Below, piece after piece: positions 28,293 to 42,082 of a stretch of DNA of 64,000 nt. This stretch comes from Eremomyces bilateralis CBS 781.70 (taxonomy: Eukaryota). Location: NCBI GenBank assembly GCA_010015585.1, contig ML975155.1, one strand, 5' to 3'. Within the stretch, counting starts at the first letter, position 1; every line of letters begins with the position of its first letter. The notes under the pieces are model-generated. The model was given only the letters and a program-made list of their open reading frames with translations, had not been told where the DNA came from and ran no database searches. Both the position numbers and the translations under genes were made by a program.

Positions 28293-29300
28293 CGTGCCCC
28301 AAAGCAATGTCCGGCCAACAAGCTCTTGGACTTGTCGTCTGAAACCTTGGGATCTCGTGATGTCTTTCGGGTTCCTCTTGCTGGTATGGTGAGGTATAAG
28401 TCAGGCGGGATTGATATAAGGCCGAGGATTATTGCGCAGTGTTTAAATGGTGGAGGGCTAGGTGGAATAACGAGTGGTTAGGCAACGAAGGTATGGAACA
28501 CAAATGAGGTCAGGTACGGGGGGAGGTTGAAGAGTTCACAGTGGGACGCGGGGGGGTTCGGGTAAAGCAGAGATTAAGTAAGTAGACAGGAAACTTGTTC
28601 GTCCACGGGCAGATCAGGGAATGGAGGAGAGGTTCTGGAAGCGTTGAATGTTGAATGAGGCTGCAGCCAGCAAGGAGCGACTCTACAGAACGTACCTGTA
28701 CGCCGTACAGGGTGTATATCTGATGATACAGGATATGTGAGTTGTCACTGTCGGGCTGTGGTAGTGGCGTATTAGTGGTGGTTCGCGGTCAGTCCACCCG
28801 CAGGTTATATCAATTCTCAGTATCTGATGGTCTGGGAAGGTCGGATATCTGTGTGATGTCGCTGGTGGTGGGATGAGTTGGATAAGGGACCTAGAGTCAC
28901 AGCCTCACCTTAATATTGGTCACGTGGACGGGAGGGGCTCGAATCACGACACCTCAGGCTCCAAGGTGTCAAGGGACTCTGATCTGTCATCTATCACGTG
29001 CCATCACGTGTTTCCAGGCTCACCAGCTCTGGCGCGTCAACTGGAGGAACTTCCTTCGACGTCCGCAACGCAACACGAAGCTCCCCGTCACTGCACTTCC
29101 AAACATCGAAATCAAACGCCGGAATCAAAACATCCACCCTGCCCTTGACCACGGACACCTTGGACCACGGGCTCCTTTGGCCTCAAGAAAAATCATCCCC
29201 GAGACTGACTTGACTCCTTTGGCTCCTATCGCTACCGTTCCGTTCAACCCTTTGCCACTGCCTCACACCTACCTCTCCGTAGCTTCGCTGCATAGTAGCG

Positions 29301-30870
29301 ATGGTGAGTTTCACTTGACTGTTATCATAGCGCTTACGACTAACAGTCTCATAGGGTGCAAACCAGTCGAATATGCCCCCCGGGGCCGGCGGTGATGGCA
29401 AGGACAAGAAAGATAAGGTACGTCTACTTCACCGGACTGCAGAACAAGGTTTCATCGATGATTATTTTGCCATCTGCTGACTATTCTCGGATTTACAGAA
29501 AGACAAGCCGAAGTATGAGCCTCCACCACAACCCACCACTCGCATCGGCCGGAAGAAACGCAGGGCAGCCGGTCCCAATGCTGCTGCGAAGCTGCCGACC
29601 GTGTATCCATCTGCAAGATGCAAGCTGAAGTACCTCCGAATGCAACGAGTCCACGATCATCTCCTGCTAGAAGAGGAATACGTAGAGAATCAAGAGAGAT
29701 TACGAAAGGGAAAGGCCGCCACCTCGCAGCAGCCCTCCAGTGCGGGAGGCGATTCGGACGCCATCGATCGCAATGCGGACGAGCGCTCTCGAGTGGACGA
29801 TATGCGCGGCAGCCCGATGGGTGTCGGGAACTTGGAAGAGTTGATCGATGACGATCATGCCATCGTTTCGAGTGCGACCGGGCCGGAATACTACGTTTCG
29901 ATCATGTCGTTCGTGGACAAGGACTTGCTGGAACCTGGGGCGAGCATTCTTCTTCATCACAAATCCGTGTCGGTCGTCGGCGTCTTGACGGACGATGCTG
30001 ACCCGCTGGTCTCGGTGATGAAACTCGACAAAGCGCCGACGGAGTCGTATGCCGACATTGGAGGCCTGGAATCACAGATACAGGAAGTCCGCGAGGCGGT
30101 GGAACTGCCTTTGCTTCATCCGGAGCTGTATGAAGAGATGGGTATCAAACCACCGAAGGGCGTGATCCTCTACGGTGCTCCAGGAACCGGAAAAACACTG
30201 CTGGCGAAGGCGGTTGCTAACCAAACGAGCGCCACCTTCCTTCGCATCGTCGGTAGCGAACTGATTCAGAAGTACTTGGGGGATGGACCTCGTCTGGTCC
30301 GCCAGCTCTTCCAGGTCGCCGCCGAGCATTCCCCTGCGATTGTTTTCATCGACGAAATCGATGCCATCGGCACGAAGCGGTACGAGTCGACCTCCGGCGG
30401 AGAGCGCGAGGTTCAGCGAACGATGTTGGAACTTCTCAATCAACTCGATGGTTTCGATGACCGTGGCGATGTGAAGGTGATCATGGCCACGAACAAGATT
30501 GAGACGCTCGATCCCGCCCTGATCCGTCCTGGTCGCATTGACCGGAAGATTCTATTCGAGAATCCCGATCGTAAGTTTATGCTCCTTGCCTGAGTTCCAT
30601 TCATTCTGACTCCTTCTAGAAAACACCAAGAAAAAGATCTTCACATTGCACACGTCGAAGATGTCACTGAGCACTGACGTCGATCTCGATGAGTTCATCA
30701 ACCAAAAAGACGAGCTGTCTGGCGCCGACATCAAGGCGATCTGTTCGGAAGCTGGCCTCATGGCACTGCGCGAGCGACGAATGCGCGTTCAAATGGCCGA
30801 TTTCCGTTCCGCCAGGGAACGGGTCTTGAAAACGAAGAGCGAGGGCGAACCGGAAGGGTTGTATTTGTAG
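29301..30870 (+). CDS. RPT2: 26S proteasome AAA ATPase Rpt2; first coding exon is only ATG
   Basis: ATG|GTGAGT then GANQS (MG myristoylation start); [34 protein letters not shown] HbYX tail. Confidence 0.97.
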
Positions 30871-31606
30871 GCTGTGTCTCATGGTCGAGATCCTGACCAG
30901 AGAAACCGAGGGTTCTTCCGAAACGACAACTACTAGACAGCGTCCTTTACCATCGCAAGACTACAGCGGAGGCTAGGGAGTTCAATTATGGTCTTGCGTC
31001 TTATCGAGCGAGTGCTGAGTGTAATATCAAGCTATTCAATAATACCGTACCTCCCATCCCTTGCCACTCTACACCGGGTGCTGTGTGTAGATTTCCTGAG
31101 CCAAAGGTTTCCAACATAATACCTATTCGTACAAACCAGCTAACATAGCCAGCTGTCCATTGGGCAAGCCGAGGGGAGGGAGAATACAATAGAAGGCTAC
31201 TTAGTAATGCGGCGAAACAGGATCGGAGTCCGGGGAAGTCGGTATTAATTCCTCGAGCTGTTGATGGAACAGTGGGAACGTCTTAATTATGGTAGTGACT
31301 GAACAGGGATTATCTGACGCCATACCGCTTGAATCAGATTCATCACCCATCTCGTCGCCTGGAAGCAATTGTACCTGCAGAACTCCCATCAACCCGATCT
31401 CGCTTTCAATTCAACTTTGCCAATCATTGACATTGTCTGGTTTTGTGAACAGAATTGAACCCGAACTCCTTCAATCCTCTCCTACACCCTTTCATGTTTG
31501 CCAAAGGGTAATATCTATATCGTCCTTGAATCCCTCCCCCGCCACCAATCCTATCTCCGACTCTCCCTCCGACATCGCCCATATCCTCCAAATATTACAC
31601 TCGAAA

Positions 31607-33054
31607 ATGGACAACTCAAAGACCAAGGCGAATGTCTCTGTCAAGACTAGTCGAGGCAAAGATCTGGAGGGACACGACTTGCCGCCATCCCCCGCACCCT
31701 CCAGTCCTCGCCCGCGTCGGAAGTATGCCTTAGCCACCGAATTGGTCTATACCGAGAGCAATGACCAGTACAATGCCTCGAGCATCCCGATTTACCAGGT
31801 ATGCCATCGCACATGCCTCTCGACAAACAAGCCATTGGACCGCCCGGTCTCGGTTCATAGCTGGTACTCGTGCTGACCTTCATAGTCCGCAACATTCAAG
31901 CAATCCTCCGCATCCGGCTCCGGCGAATATGACTATACCCGGTCCGGGAACCCTACACGAACGCATGTCGAACGTCACCTCGCCAAGATCATGTCTGCAT
32001 CACGGGCGCTAGTGGTCACGTCCGGAATGGCAGCTCTTGATGTCATCACCCGCCTCCTCCGCCCCGGCGATGAAGTGGTGACCGGAGAAGATCTATACGG
32101 CGGATCTCACCGATTGTTGAAGTTCCTGTCGACGACCAGCGGGATCATCGTCCATCACGTCGACACTACGAACGTCGACGCGGTCACAGGAGTTCTCTCC
32201 GACAAAACCACCCTGGTGCTCTTGGAGACCCCTACGAACCCGCTACTCAAAATTGTCGATATCCCCGCCATCGCCGCCGCGGCTCACTCCGCGAATCCCG
32301 ACTGCCTAGTCTCCGTCGATAACACCATGCTCTCGCCCCTGCTTCAGACACCCTTGGATCTCGGCGCCGACATCGTGTACGAGTCGGGGACCAAGTACCT
32401 GTCGGGACATCATGATATCATGGCCGGTGTCATCGCGGTCAACAACACCGTGCTCGGCGACAAGCTGTACCACAGCATCAACGTGTTCGGCTGCGGGCTT
32501 TCGCCGAACGATTCGTGGCTGCTCATCCGCGGAGTGAAGACCTTGGGTGTCCGCATGGACAAGCAGCAAGCGAACGCGCAACGGATCGCCGAATTCCTGG
32601 AGGATCTGGGACTCAAAGTGCGGTTCCCTGGGCTCCGCTCACATCCGCAGTACGATCTGCACTGGAGCATGGCCCGCGGTGCCGGGGCGGTGCTCTCGTT
32701 CGAGACGGGCGATGTGGAAAAGAGCGAGCGGATCGTGGAGTCGGCGCGGCTCTGGGGCATCTCGGTGAGCTTCGGGTGCGTCAACAGTCTGATCAGCATG
32801 CCGTGCCGGATGAGCCATGCGAGCATCGATGCGAAGACGCGGGCCGAACGGGCGATGCCTGAGGATATCGTGCGGTTATGTGTGGGGATTGAAGATGCGG
32901 ATGATTTGATTGACGATTTACGGCGAGCGGTACGTCTCCCTCCCTTCATGACTGAATCCTGTGCTGACTGAACGATCGATAGTTGGTGCAAGCTGGCGCG
33001 GTCGATGTCTCCCCTGAGGGCATTAAAGCCCTCGAGAACGAAGCTCAATCATGA
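31607..33054 (+). CDS. STR3: Cystathionine beta-lyase (PLP-dependent), 2 introns
   Basis: DQYNASSIPIYQ|SATFKQ; EYDYTRSGNPTR; SGMAALD; ETPTNP; ESGTKYLSGHHDIMAG; SVSFGCVNSLISMPCRMSHASI. Confidence 0.93.
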
Positions 33055-33989
33055 GTGATGACCCGACGGCGGTACAGTCCCCTCTTTCATATTATTTTGG
33101 CCCTCGAACCGGGTCATTCTCGAATACGGTTTGCATTGCAGCCCTTGTTTGGAGTCGGGCGCGGAACTGAACGGCACTGATGCAATTGTAATGTTTTATG
33201 GCATGCGCACATGGAGGCATTATTGCGAGGCTCCGATTTTCCACTTGGGATCCAGGCCAAAAGTTCATTAGATGAGATGTCTGCCAATCAAACTTTACAG
33301 TGTGTTTGGGAGCTACACAAGGTCTCTGAACCACGGAATCGGCGCTTTGTATTTGAATCGAGCTCCTCACTTCAATGCATGAGTGACACTAATAATTCAT
33401 TCTCAAACTTGAGATCGGATTCTGTCCAATGGCTTCTGTACGGTCTTCACTTGGTTTAAGGGGCCTGTCCTTTCATCCAGGGTTCATTGTGTGCCTCGAC
33501 ATTCATTACATTGCGAGTACCTTCTTCTCTATGTCGGTGAGTGATAACTCGGCATTTCGATCTAAGATCTTCTAGTGGGTGGGCAATGCTCTGTGATTGA
33601 CTTATACCTATTTCCCTTATACCTATTTCCCTTATGCCGACTAAGTGAAAGTCCCACCTGGGGTGGTAGTTTCAAAAGTCCCACCTGGATAGCGGTCATT
33701 CATTCGATGCGGTGTTCCAACCACAGCGTCTTCTGAGACATTGAGATTAGTCCGGACTAACTACCTGAAACTTGGAGTAATTACCGAATAAAGATTATGC
33801 AACGAACACAGACACAGGCATGAACACGGACTGTATTTCCCAAGGTTCAAGCGTTTGCTTCAAGTTCAGCCATTAAACGTTCTGAAATGTAACGGCGAGA
33901 ATAACTTGGCTTGCATAAGGTAGATTAAAAGGGGTGATGCGGGTGATCAACTCCGAGATGCCGTCCGTACCGCCCGGTATATATACAGC

Positions 33990-36282
33990 TTACTGTATCG
34001 GTTGCGTCTCGCGCTCTAACCATGCCAGGGCCAATTCATTCTTGCCTTTGAAGAAACCATGGGTCTTCTCGAAAACTTCCGCATGATATTGATTCAACCA
34101 CTCCTTTTCATCGGCTGTCAGCATGTCGGAAGCAATGAGCTTCTGGCCCATGGGAACCATGGTGACGTGCTCGAATCCATAGAATGGCTTCTCTCCGAAT
34201 TTGTACTTCGTCTGCACTTCTTTGACCAGAATAATGTTCTCGATACGGATGCCGAAATTTCCGTCCTCATAATACCCAGGTTCTGCAGATATCATGTCAA
34301 TGGAGGATGAGTGGTGATGCGTGGAGTTACGTACCATTCGATAAGACATTGCCAACCGAGAGCGGGACTTCGGCCAGCGAAATTCGCGTTCCGATGCCGA
34401 TCGGGCCTTCATGAACATTCTGGTCAAAATTAGCTTGCAATTCGAACCGTGTCACGCTGCTACTCACGAGATATGATCCAACTCCGTGACCGGTGCCATG
34501 CCTGTAGTCCAGGCCTTGGTCCCAGAGGAACTGTCGAGCCAGTGTATCCAGGGCAAATCCACTGACGCCCTTCGGAAATTTGACTCTCTCCAGCGCAATG
34601 TGTCCCTTCAGGACCAGAGTGAAGGCTTTCTTCTCCATCTCCGTCGGTTCGCCGAAATGGAGGGTCCGCGTAGTATCCGTGGTTCCATCAGTATATTGTG
34701 CACCCGAATCGCAAAGATAGACTGCCGATGGGTCGATTACGGAGCAAGCTCCTTTCAGTGGCTTGTAATGGATGACTGCCGCGTTTGGTCCCGTAGATGA
34801 GATGGTGTCAAACGATAATCCCACAAAATGCTCATGCTTGGAACGGATCTTCTCCAGCTCATCCGCTGCATCGACTTCATCCGGCCTGGCGCCTTTGGCG
34901 AGTAGTTGGTCCTCAAGCCATGCAAAGAACTCGATCAGAGCCGCACCATCGCGAATATGGCAAGCCCGCATTCCCTCGAGCTCGACGTCATTCTTGATCG
35001 CCTTCACATCGCCGATCGGGCTCCTGATCTCTTCCACTTTCCCTTCACCCCCCAAACTCTGGTTGAGAGCCCATGATGCCCTGGTCGACGTGAGGTACTT
35101 CTTCGTGGAAGGCTGAGGCGAATTGGATGCGTTCTCTCCACCCAGTTGGTCCGAGGAACTCAGTGCCTCGATGTCGGCAAAGATGGCTTCATAAGGTCGG
35201 ATATTCACGGCCCCATCAAGGTGCTTCCAGACATCGTCGCTCAGCTTTTTGTCGTCGATGTAGATGGTTGCAGACGAAGGTGTGACCACTGCATAGGAGA
35301 AGAAGACAGGGTTATACGGTATATCGTTGCCTCTCATGTTGAACAGCCAGGCGATTTCATCAAGCATCGATACGACAAAGCCCGCCGACTGCTTCTTCTC
35401 CAACTCTTTCCTTAGATCTTCGAGTTTCTCTTGAAACGGCTTCCCAGAGAATTCGACGCCCAAGACTTTGGCCGGTTCATTGGTCCGATCGGGCTTGTCC
35501 GTACCCCACACCAGGTCAACAAGATTCTCCCTCACTGGCTTTAAAGAGGCACCGCCCTTTTTCTTGATTTTATCCGATAGTTTTCGAGCTTCCGATGCTG
35601 TTATCAAGGTTGGATCGACACCAACCACTCTCCCCTCTTCGGATTGTTCGGCAGCCCTACGAGATCCCGAGTTAGAGCCGCCTTTCGGGTGACGCGAGAA
35701 CCATACCATTCCTGCCAAGTGGGAACATCTTGTAGGCCCTGCTTCAGCAATAGCCAATTGTCATCGAGTTGTTTCTCTGCTTGGTTGAAGTATCGTCCGT
35801 CCGTGGCGAGGGCGGCCTTGTCGAGTGAAATGACCGCCGTGCCCGCGGAGCCTGAAAAGCCGCAGATGAACTCTGAGCGGGAATAAGCATTCGTATGGGG
35901 TGATTGGATGCATATATGGGATAGGAACCTCTTCTCGCATCACATGCAGCAATGTATTCGGATTGATGGCTATCTTCCGAGGGTACGACTATGTGGTTGC
36001 GTCAGTGGAAAGGCCCATCGATAATATCGAGGCAATAGTACCATAGATGTCCACCTCATGCTTCTTCATAAGCTCCCGCAGCTCATTGATTCGTGCCGTG
36101 GTCTGTACCGTCGCCATCTTGTCGGGGAGGGTGTTGAGATATGCGGATTGAATGCGAGGAAGGAATTGGAGCAGCGACCGGCTATTACACTTCACTGAGG
36201 TGTGGAAGGGTTGAAGGGTTGATAATCGAGAGAAAGAGATCCCACTACAAGGCACTCGAAGTCTGATGGAGAGTGTGAACAT
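33990..36282 (-). CDS. Xaa-Pro aminopeptidase P (M24B); second in-frame ATG at 36117
   Basis: [76 protein letters not shown]. Confidence 0.93.
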
Positions 36283-37127
36283 GCAGCCGAGCGTTTAGTA
36301 CACGTAGGGTGTGGAGGTTGATACCTCGTCGACCCCGCTAAATGCTGATATAGGAGGTGAAGGCGGGATGGTTGTTTCGTCTTCCAGCTGGTATAGCAAA
36401 CTACGAGATTTGTTTGTAGATTGATATCATCGGAAACCAGTGAAAGAAGATACAGCGCCGATATTCTATTCCTTCAGTAATCGATCGGATGTGGTTGCAG
36501 CTTGAGATGGAGGTCAATAGAACGTCACAGCAAAAGCTGTGAACAATGGGACACCAACAACAGAACAATTGAAGCGTGGGAGCTTCAACATCCTTGTCTG
36601 GCTCCATTTCATCAACTCCAACCTTCCGATTCAATATACCAGCTCATATTTTCTCACAAGAAACGCGTATAGGAACGTGTTGGCATAATAAACTTGGCTT
36701 CTGAAGCTTCCGCTCTGGCTGCTGGAGCCTTGCGTTAAGCTGAAGTCCTTTCGAGCATACCTGTACTCGAAAAGTGCGTCCAGAGTGGACGGCACAGTAT
36801 CAATCAGCCTATCCGTTCTATGTTTGGACAGCCTTTGTATCTCCCAATCATCGATGTTCAGGATGGATTGACTGCCTCGTTTTCGACTTTCATATTTTCC
36901 CATTTCGTCAACCTCTTTGGCTTATCTCGTTACTGTTCGTACTCTGCAAAACCGATGCGGGAAGCTCTCTGAAATCCCAAGTCCTTTCTGTCTGGAGTCC
37001 AGCCTGGAGAATTGTGGCAGAAGCAAATATTTCGACTAGATACTTTCTTGAGTTCGTCAGGTCGTCCGTCACTGTCTCTTACTCTCTTCCTGTCAGCAGC
37101 CGTAGCTTCATCCTTAAGGCACCAATC

Positions 37128-40100
37128 ATGGAGTCAAGTATTAGCCTGGATGGCCTGAGAGAGCCAGCCTTGGATCCCTCTCTTGTGACATCGGTGCGTT
37201 TTAATTGCTCTGGCAGATTTCCCTATTCGACGATTCTGACGTGGAATAAAGATCATTACAGCGTTGCACGACCCGAAAACAGAGAAGAGCCGTATTCCCG
37301 ACCTGAGCCGTTGGCTGTTGGAATTCCGCCAACTTCCCAACTCTCTAGATGTCACGTTGCAACTACTCCAAAGCCCATATACGGAAGTACGGTTCCATGC
37401 GATTGGCATGGTTGAATTCCACTTGGATAAGATAATGTAAGTGGTCATCCGCAATCTACTAAACTCTATACTAATAGATCTCCAGAGAAGCTGAAAGGCT
37501 GGCTGCCCAGGTTGACCCTTCCAATATCACATCGTCACCGCTGCCTTTTCACTTGCTCGAATGCTTTGTACGGGATTGAATCAGCTTAGTCTTATCCATG
37601 TTAACCGTTATCTAGTCTCTATATATCTCCAACAAGGAAAAGGAGATGAACCTCCGAAAGCTCTGCTCCCTGATTGCTAAATACGCAGGGTGTCTAGAGC
37701 ATGTGGGAGAAATGTGGATTCGACTTTTCGTGGCGAAGGCCATTGAACCGACCTTGACAACTGCCGACCTTGCTAGTGCAAGGGCCACCCCCGTGTCTCC
37801 CGAGATATCCAGGCTCGTTGCCCCTGAAACTCTATACTTCGTCATCTGCTTCCTGAACGAGCTCGGAGGCTTTCTCTATAGCTCGATCCGCGAATTTCGG
37901 AATAATTTGACCAACCGTGCAGCAGAAGTACGGGTGGGAGCCCTCACCGCGATCGAATCCTCTGTGAGAGACGCATCCAATATCATCCTTCTCGGCCTCC
38001 AGACGGGCCACGAGCACAACGGCGGAATCGACTCTGGTTTGGCAGAGAAGATTAGAACAGCAGCTGCTGAATCCGTGGTGGCATGTTTTCCTTTAGGGCA
38101 AATCTTCGAACGTGGCTAACATGGTATAGTTATGGAACAAAATTGGAAATCCACAGTCTGGCGCCGTCGATAATCTGGACCCTATCAGAGCGGAGCTTGC
38201 TCACTCATTGATTGTCTGTATTTCTCATGGAGCGACACCCGAAGCGTGTCAGTATCTCCAAACCATCGTCAGCCGCACCTTATATGGGATGTCGCCATCG
38301 GTCTGGAAGGATGTGCAGGTGTTACTTGCTCATCCTGATAGCATCTTCCGCCGTATGGTCAAGCAAGCGCAGCTGGGGGATGATGAGGCGAGGCCATACT
38401 TTAACCTGTTTTTGACCGTCGCAGAACAAAGTGTCCAGGAGATGCTGCGCGAACCAGAGACGGATTTCCACGGATATCTACTAGGTGAGCCGGAAGCAGC
38501 CGTGGCGCAACCCGTTCTAACTTTCTTGTAGAAGTGATGAAGGAGTCACTTTCGGCCAGCGATTGGCCTGTTGAGCCGTCACATCCCGCTATACTTGCCT
38601 TGCAATTTTGGCAAAATTTTATCGACGAGATGTCGGATGCCCTCATGGCGGATGAGTCTCCATCAGAGTTCCCGCAAAGCCGCATTGTATGGTGGAACTC
38701 CGCACGCCTCAATCTTCTCGCTGCTATCGAGAAATTCATGATCCGTCTTCGACTGCCCTCACTCTCCGAGCTTCATGACTGGGGTAAGGACGAACGAGAT
38801 GTGTTCCGGGAATTTAGAAGGGATGTGAAAGATCTCTTCTCGGAAGCATACTCGATCATCGGCAACGATATTCTCGTGGGATTTGTCCGGTTCACAGCAT
38901 CCGCACTGGAGAGCAGTTCACCCGATCCTCTGCAAATCGAGGCATCACTGACATCGTTTTCTGCGATTGGCGATGCCATCAATGAATCCGATGAGACGGA
39001 CCAGGCCGTGGCAACCATTGTCGGAAGCCGTCTATTTCAGTTTCTATCGAGTCCCGAGCTACCATACCTCGTGAAGAAATCGGGAATTGATTTGATCGCA
39101 TCCATGACTTCGTTCTATCAACGACGACCAGATTTAGTTCCTCTCGCATTGAATTTCCTCTTCGAGGCGGCGAAGCACGAGTCCCTCGCGGTTTCAGCAT
39201 CGCGATCTATTAGCCAATTGACGTCGGCCTGTAGATCGGAGCTGACGAGCGAGCTTAGCACGTTCTTCGTCAAGTACGATGAATTTATCGCAGGGCCGAC
39301 TATTGACTCTCTCACGAAAGAAAAACTGATCGGATCCATCGCAGCAGTTGTGCAGGCTATTCCGGTCCATGAAGACAGACTGTCGGCGTTGGAAACCCTC
39401 CTTCGGTATGTTTCGAAAGACATCGAACGCTCCATCGAGTTGATGAACCTCGCTCAACGGCCTGGCCATCCTGAATCCGCAAGGGAGTCGTTACAAGCCG
39501 GAGAACAAGCCATGCGGTGTTTGGCCGCGATCGCTCGGTCATTCGAAGACGACGGGACTCAAGTCGTTGATCTTGAGAACAGCGAGGGGGGTGGACCAAT
39601 GTCCACTGAGCGCGAGAAAATCCTTCAGCTCCAAATCAGCCGAATGATATCTACCCAACTCTCGTTATTTGGCGATCATGCGACTTTCGAGGTGGTCGAA
39701 TCCGCGTGCTCTGTTTTCAGAACAGGCTTCAAAGGCCGAGATGGAGGTCCATTTTCACTCCCTGCCGCCGACTTCCTGGCTCTTCTATTTCAACGCTCCA
39801 TCCACTCGCCGGGGTTTTCGGACGAGTGGCTGAAATCTTTATGCACCTATCTCAGTGCCGCCTCGCTTCAGAAATCTCAACAGAAGGAATCCGACATGAA
39901 CGATATTTTGGAGTATCTTCTAAACCTCGTGACAGTTCAACTGCAGAATGATCCGGGACAAGATCCCGATGCTACTGTTGGTATTGTACAATGCTTGAGC
40001 AAGTTTTTCAGAAGCAACCTGGCTTTTTTCAGTCGACTGCGCGTTGATTGTCGACCCATCCTTCATTTTGCTGCAAGGTCACTCGAGACGAGAGAAATTC

Positions 40101-40560
40101 TTCCTAGACGCGCCGCTGCTGAGTTTTGGGTAGGTGCATTTTACGAACACCTTTTCCTCGGACGCTTGAACGATCCGCTTACACAATGCAGAAACAGTTC
40201 CTCGAATACACGAATCAGCCCCCTGAAATCCAGCCATTGCTGGATAGCATGTTTGACGAGATCCACAGCCAGCTCGCCGTTGCGCTCGTATCACAGGTTG
40301 CCTTGCATAGTTCCAAAAGCGAGCTAGGAACCTTTGCGGAGCCCATTGGGAAATACGTTCAACGGCATCGGAATTCAATTTCGTGGATGGAACAAGCCAT
40401 CCATACAGTTCTGCGACCGTTGGTACAAGAAACTGTGTATAGCTCGGCTGCACAACGTTATCTGAAGAGCATACAGAAGGCGAGAGGATCACTTTATGCC
40501 ACCAAGAAGGCAAATCTTGAGTTTCGGGAGGCATGCCGGGGCCCTGGTTTGACTTTATAA
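37128..40560 (+). CDS. Importin-beta family karyopherin (importin-13/Kap122-like HEAT protein), multi-exon
   Basis: About 1000-aa spliced helical ORF; LRKLCS; LQFWQNF; FREFRRDVKDL; EKLIGSIAAVVQA; EILPRRAAAEFW; EFREACRG. Confidence 0.75.
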
Positions 40561-40880
40561 CTACTGTCCATCCCGAAATGAACGTCCATCTGGAACCGTA
40601 TACGAAGCCACGATTGAATATTTCGGACTGGACTGTCAGGGCAGGTACAGAACACACGATGATTAAAGCTCGCATTGTTCTGAATCCGATGCCGATACCC
40701 GGGGACTATGGACAGCAGTATATAATACATCGCAGCTGGCTGTACACATGCTAGCAAAATCACTGAAGCCACACAACCCGTTCACGATATTCTCTGAGGA
40801 ATGCAGTATCAGATCTCATCGCCACGCCATTGAAATGCTGTACGGAATCTAAGAACTCAAGCAATTTGATAGCTGGTGGA

Positions 40881-41935
40881 TCACCACCCTCTCACCGCCA
40901 GTCTCTCGGCCTCCGGCAATTTCTCGACATTGATTCCCACCATGGCCTCACCGATATCCATGCTCACTTCTGCGAGCAGCTTCGCGTCCCTGAAGTGGGT
41001 CACGGCCTGAACGATCGCCTTTGCCCTCTTCGCGGCGTCTCCCGACTTGAAAATGCCCGACCCAACAAACACGCCGTCACATCCCAATTGCATCATGAGA
41101 GCGGCATCTGCCGGGGTGGCCACGCCGCCTGCCGCAAAGTTGACCACCGGCAACCTCTTTAACTCGGCGGTCTTCTTCAGCAGCTCGAACGGCGCCCCGA
41201 TTTCCTTGGCGAATAACCGAAGTTCCTCGTCCGACATGCCCGCGGCCCGCGCGATCTCCGCGTTCACCGTCCGCATGTGCTTCACGGCCTCAACCACATC
41301 ACCGGTGCCGGCCTCGCCCTTGGTTCGGATCATGGCGGCGCCTTCGCTGATGCGTCGGAGAGCTTCTCCCAGATTTCGGCAACCGCACACGAAGGGGACG
41401 CGGTACGAGGCCTTTTCGACGTGGTGGATATGGTCGGCCGGGGTGAGGACTTCGGACTCGTCGATATAATCGACACCAATCGCTTCCAAGATCTGTAAAA
41501 AGGTTGTTAGCGCGTGGAATGGAGATATTCGTTGCGATCGCATTGTTTGATCCAGTTGTGAATTGCATACCTGGCATTCGACGAAATGACCAATCCGGGC
41601 CTTGGCCATGACCGGAATTGTAACCGTATCCATGATCTCCTTGATCATTTTCGGATCCGACATACGCGCAACTCCTCCCTGTACTCGGATGTCGGCTGGT
41701 ACTCTCTCCAGAGCCATAACGGCCGCTGCGCCCGCTTCCTCGGCGATTCGTGCCTAGACGATGGTTAGATTTGCTGGCGCATTGGCGAAACGGGTCAACA
41801 AACCTGCTCTGCATTCACCACGTCCATGATGACACCGCCCTTCAGCATCCGGGCCAAGCCTTCCTTCACCTTTTGACGGTTCGCCACGTCACCTTCGGCG
41901 GCGTACCCATTGGATGGGGGTAATTCAGAAGCCAT
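40881..41935 (-). CDS. PDX1: Pyridoxal 5'-phosphate synthase subunit Pdx1/Snz1
   Basis: [66 protein letters not shown]. Confidence 0.97.
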
Positions 41936-41945
41936 GATTGAGGAT

Positions 41946-41978
41946 GGAATTGAGGAATTGAGGAATTGAGGAATTGAG
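41946..41978. repeat. (GGAATTGA)4 tandem repeat in the PDX1 5' leader
   Basis: Directly visible, about 10 nt upstream of the ATG. Confidence 0.9.
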
Positions 41979-42075
41979 CACGTTTACGGATGGTCAATGT
42001 TATCGTGGATATCGAGCCCTCTACCAGAATGCTAGAATTGAGAAAACGCAGATACACCGTGACGAATACGAATTA

Positions 42076-42082
42076 TGAGTCA
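42076..42082. promoter_or_regulatory. Candidate Gcn4/CpcA site TGAGTCA upstream of PDX1
   Basis: Exact consensus ~140 bp upstream of the ATG; yeast SNZ1 is a Gcn4 target. Confidence 0.5.

Noticed and set aside
31289..31606. 106-codon in-frame extension upstream of cystathionine beta-lyase
   Set aside because: Pyrimidine-rich and UTR-like with no targeting signature; conserved sequence starts at 31607.
36401..37100. ORFs between aminopeptidase P and importin
   Set aside because: Short, unrecognisable, and located in a divergent promoter region.
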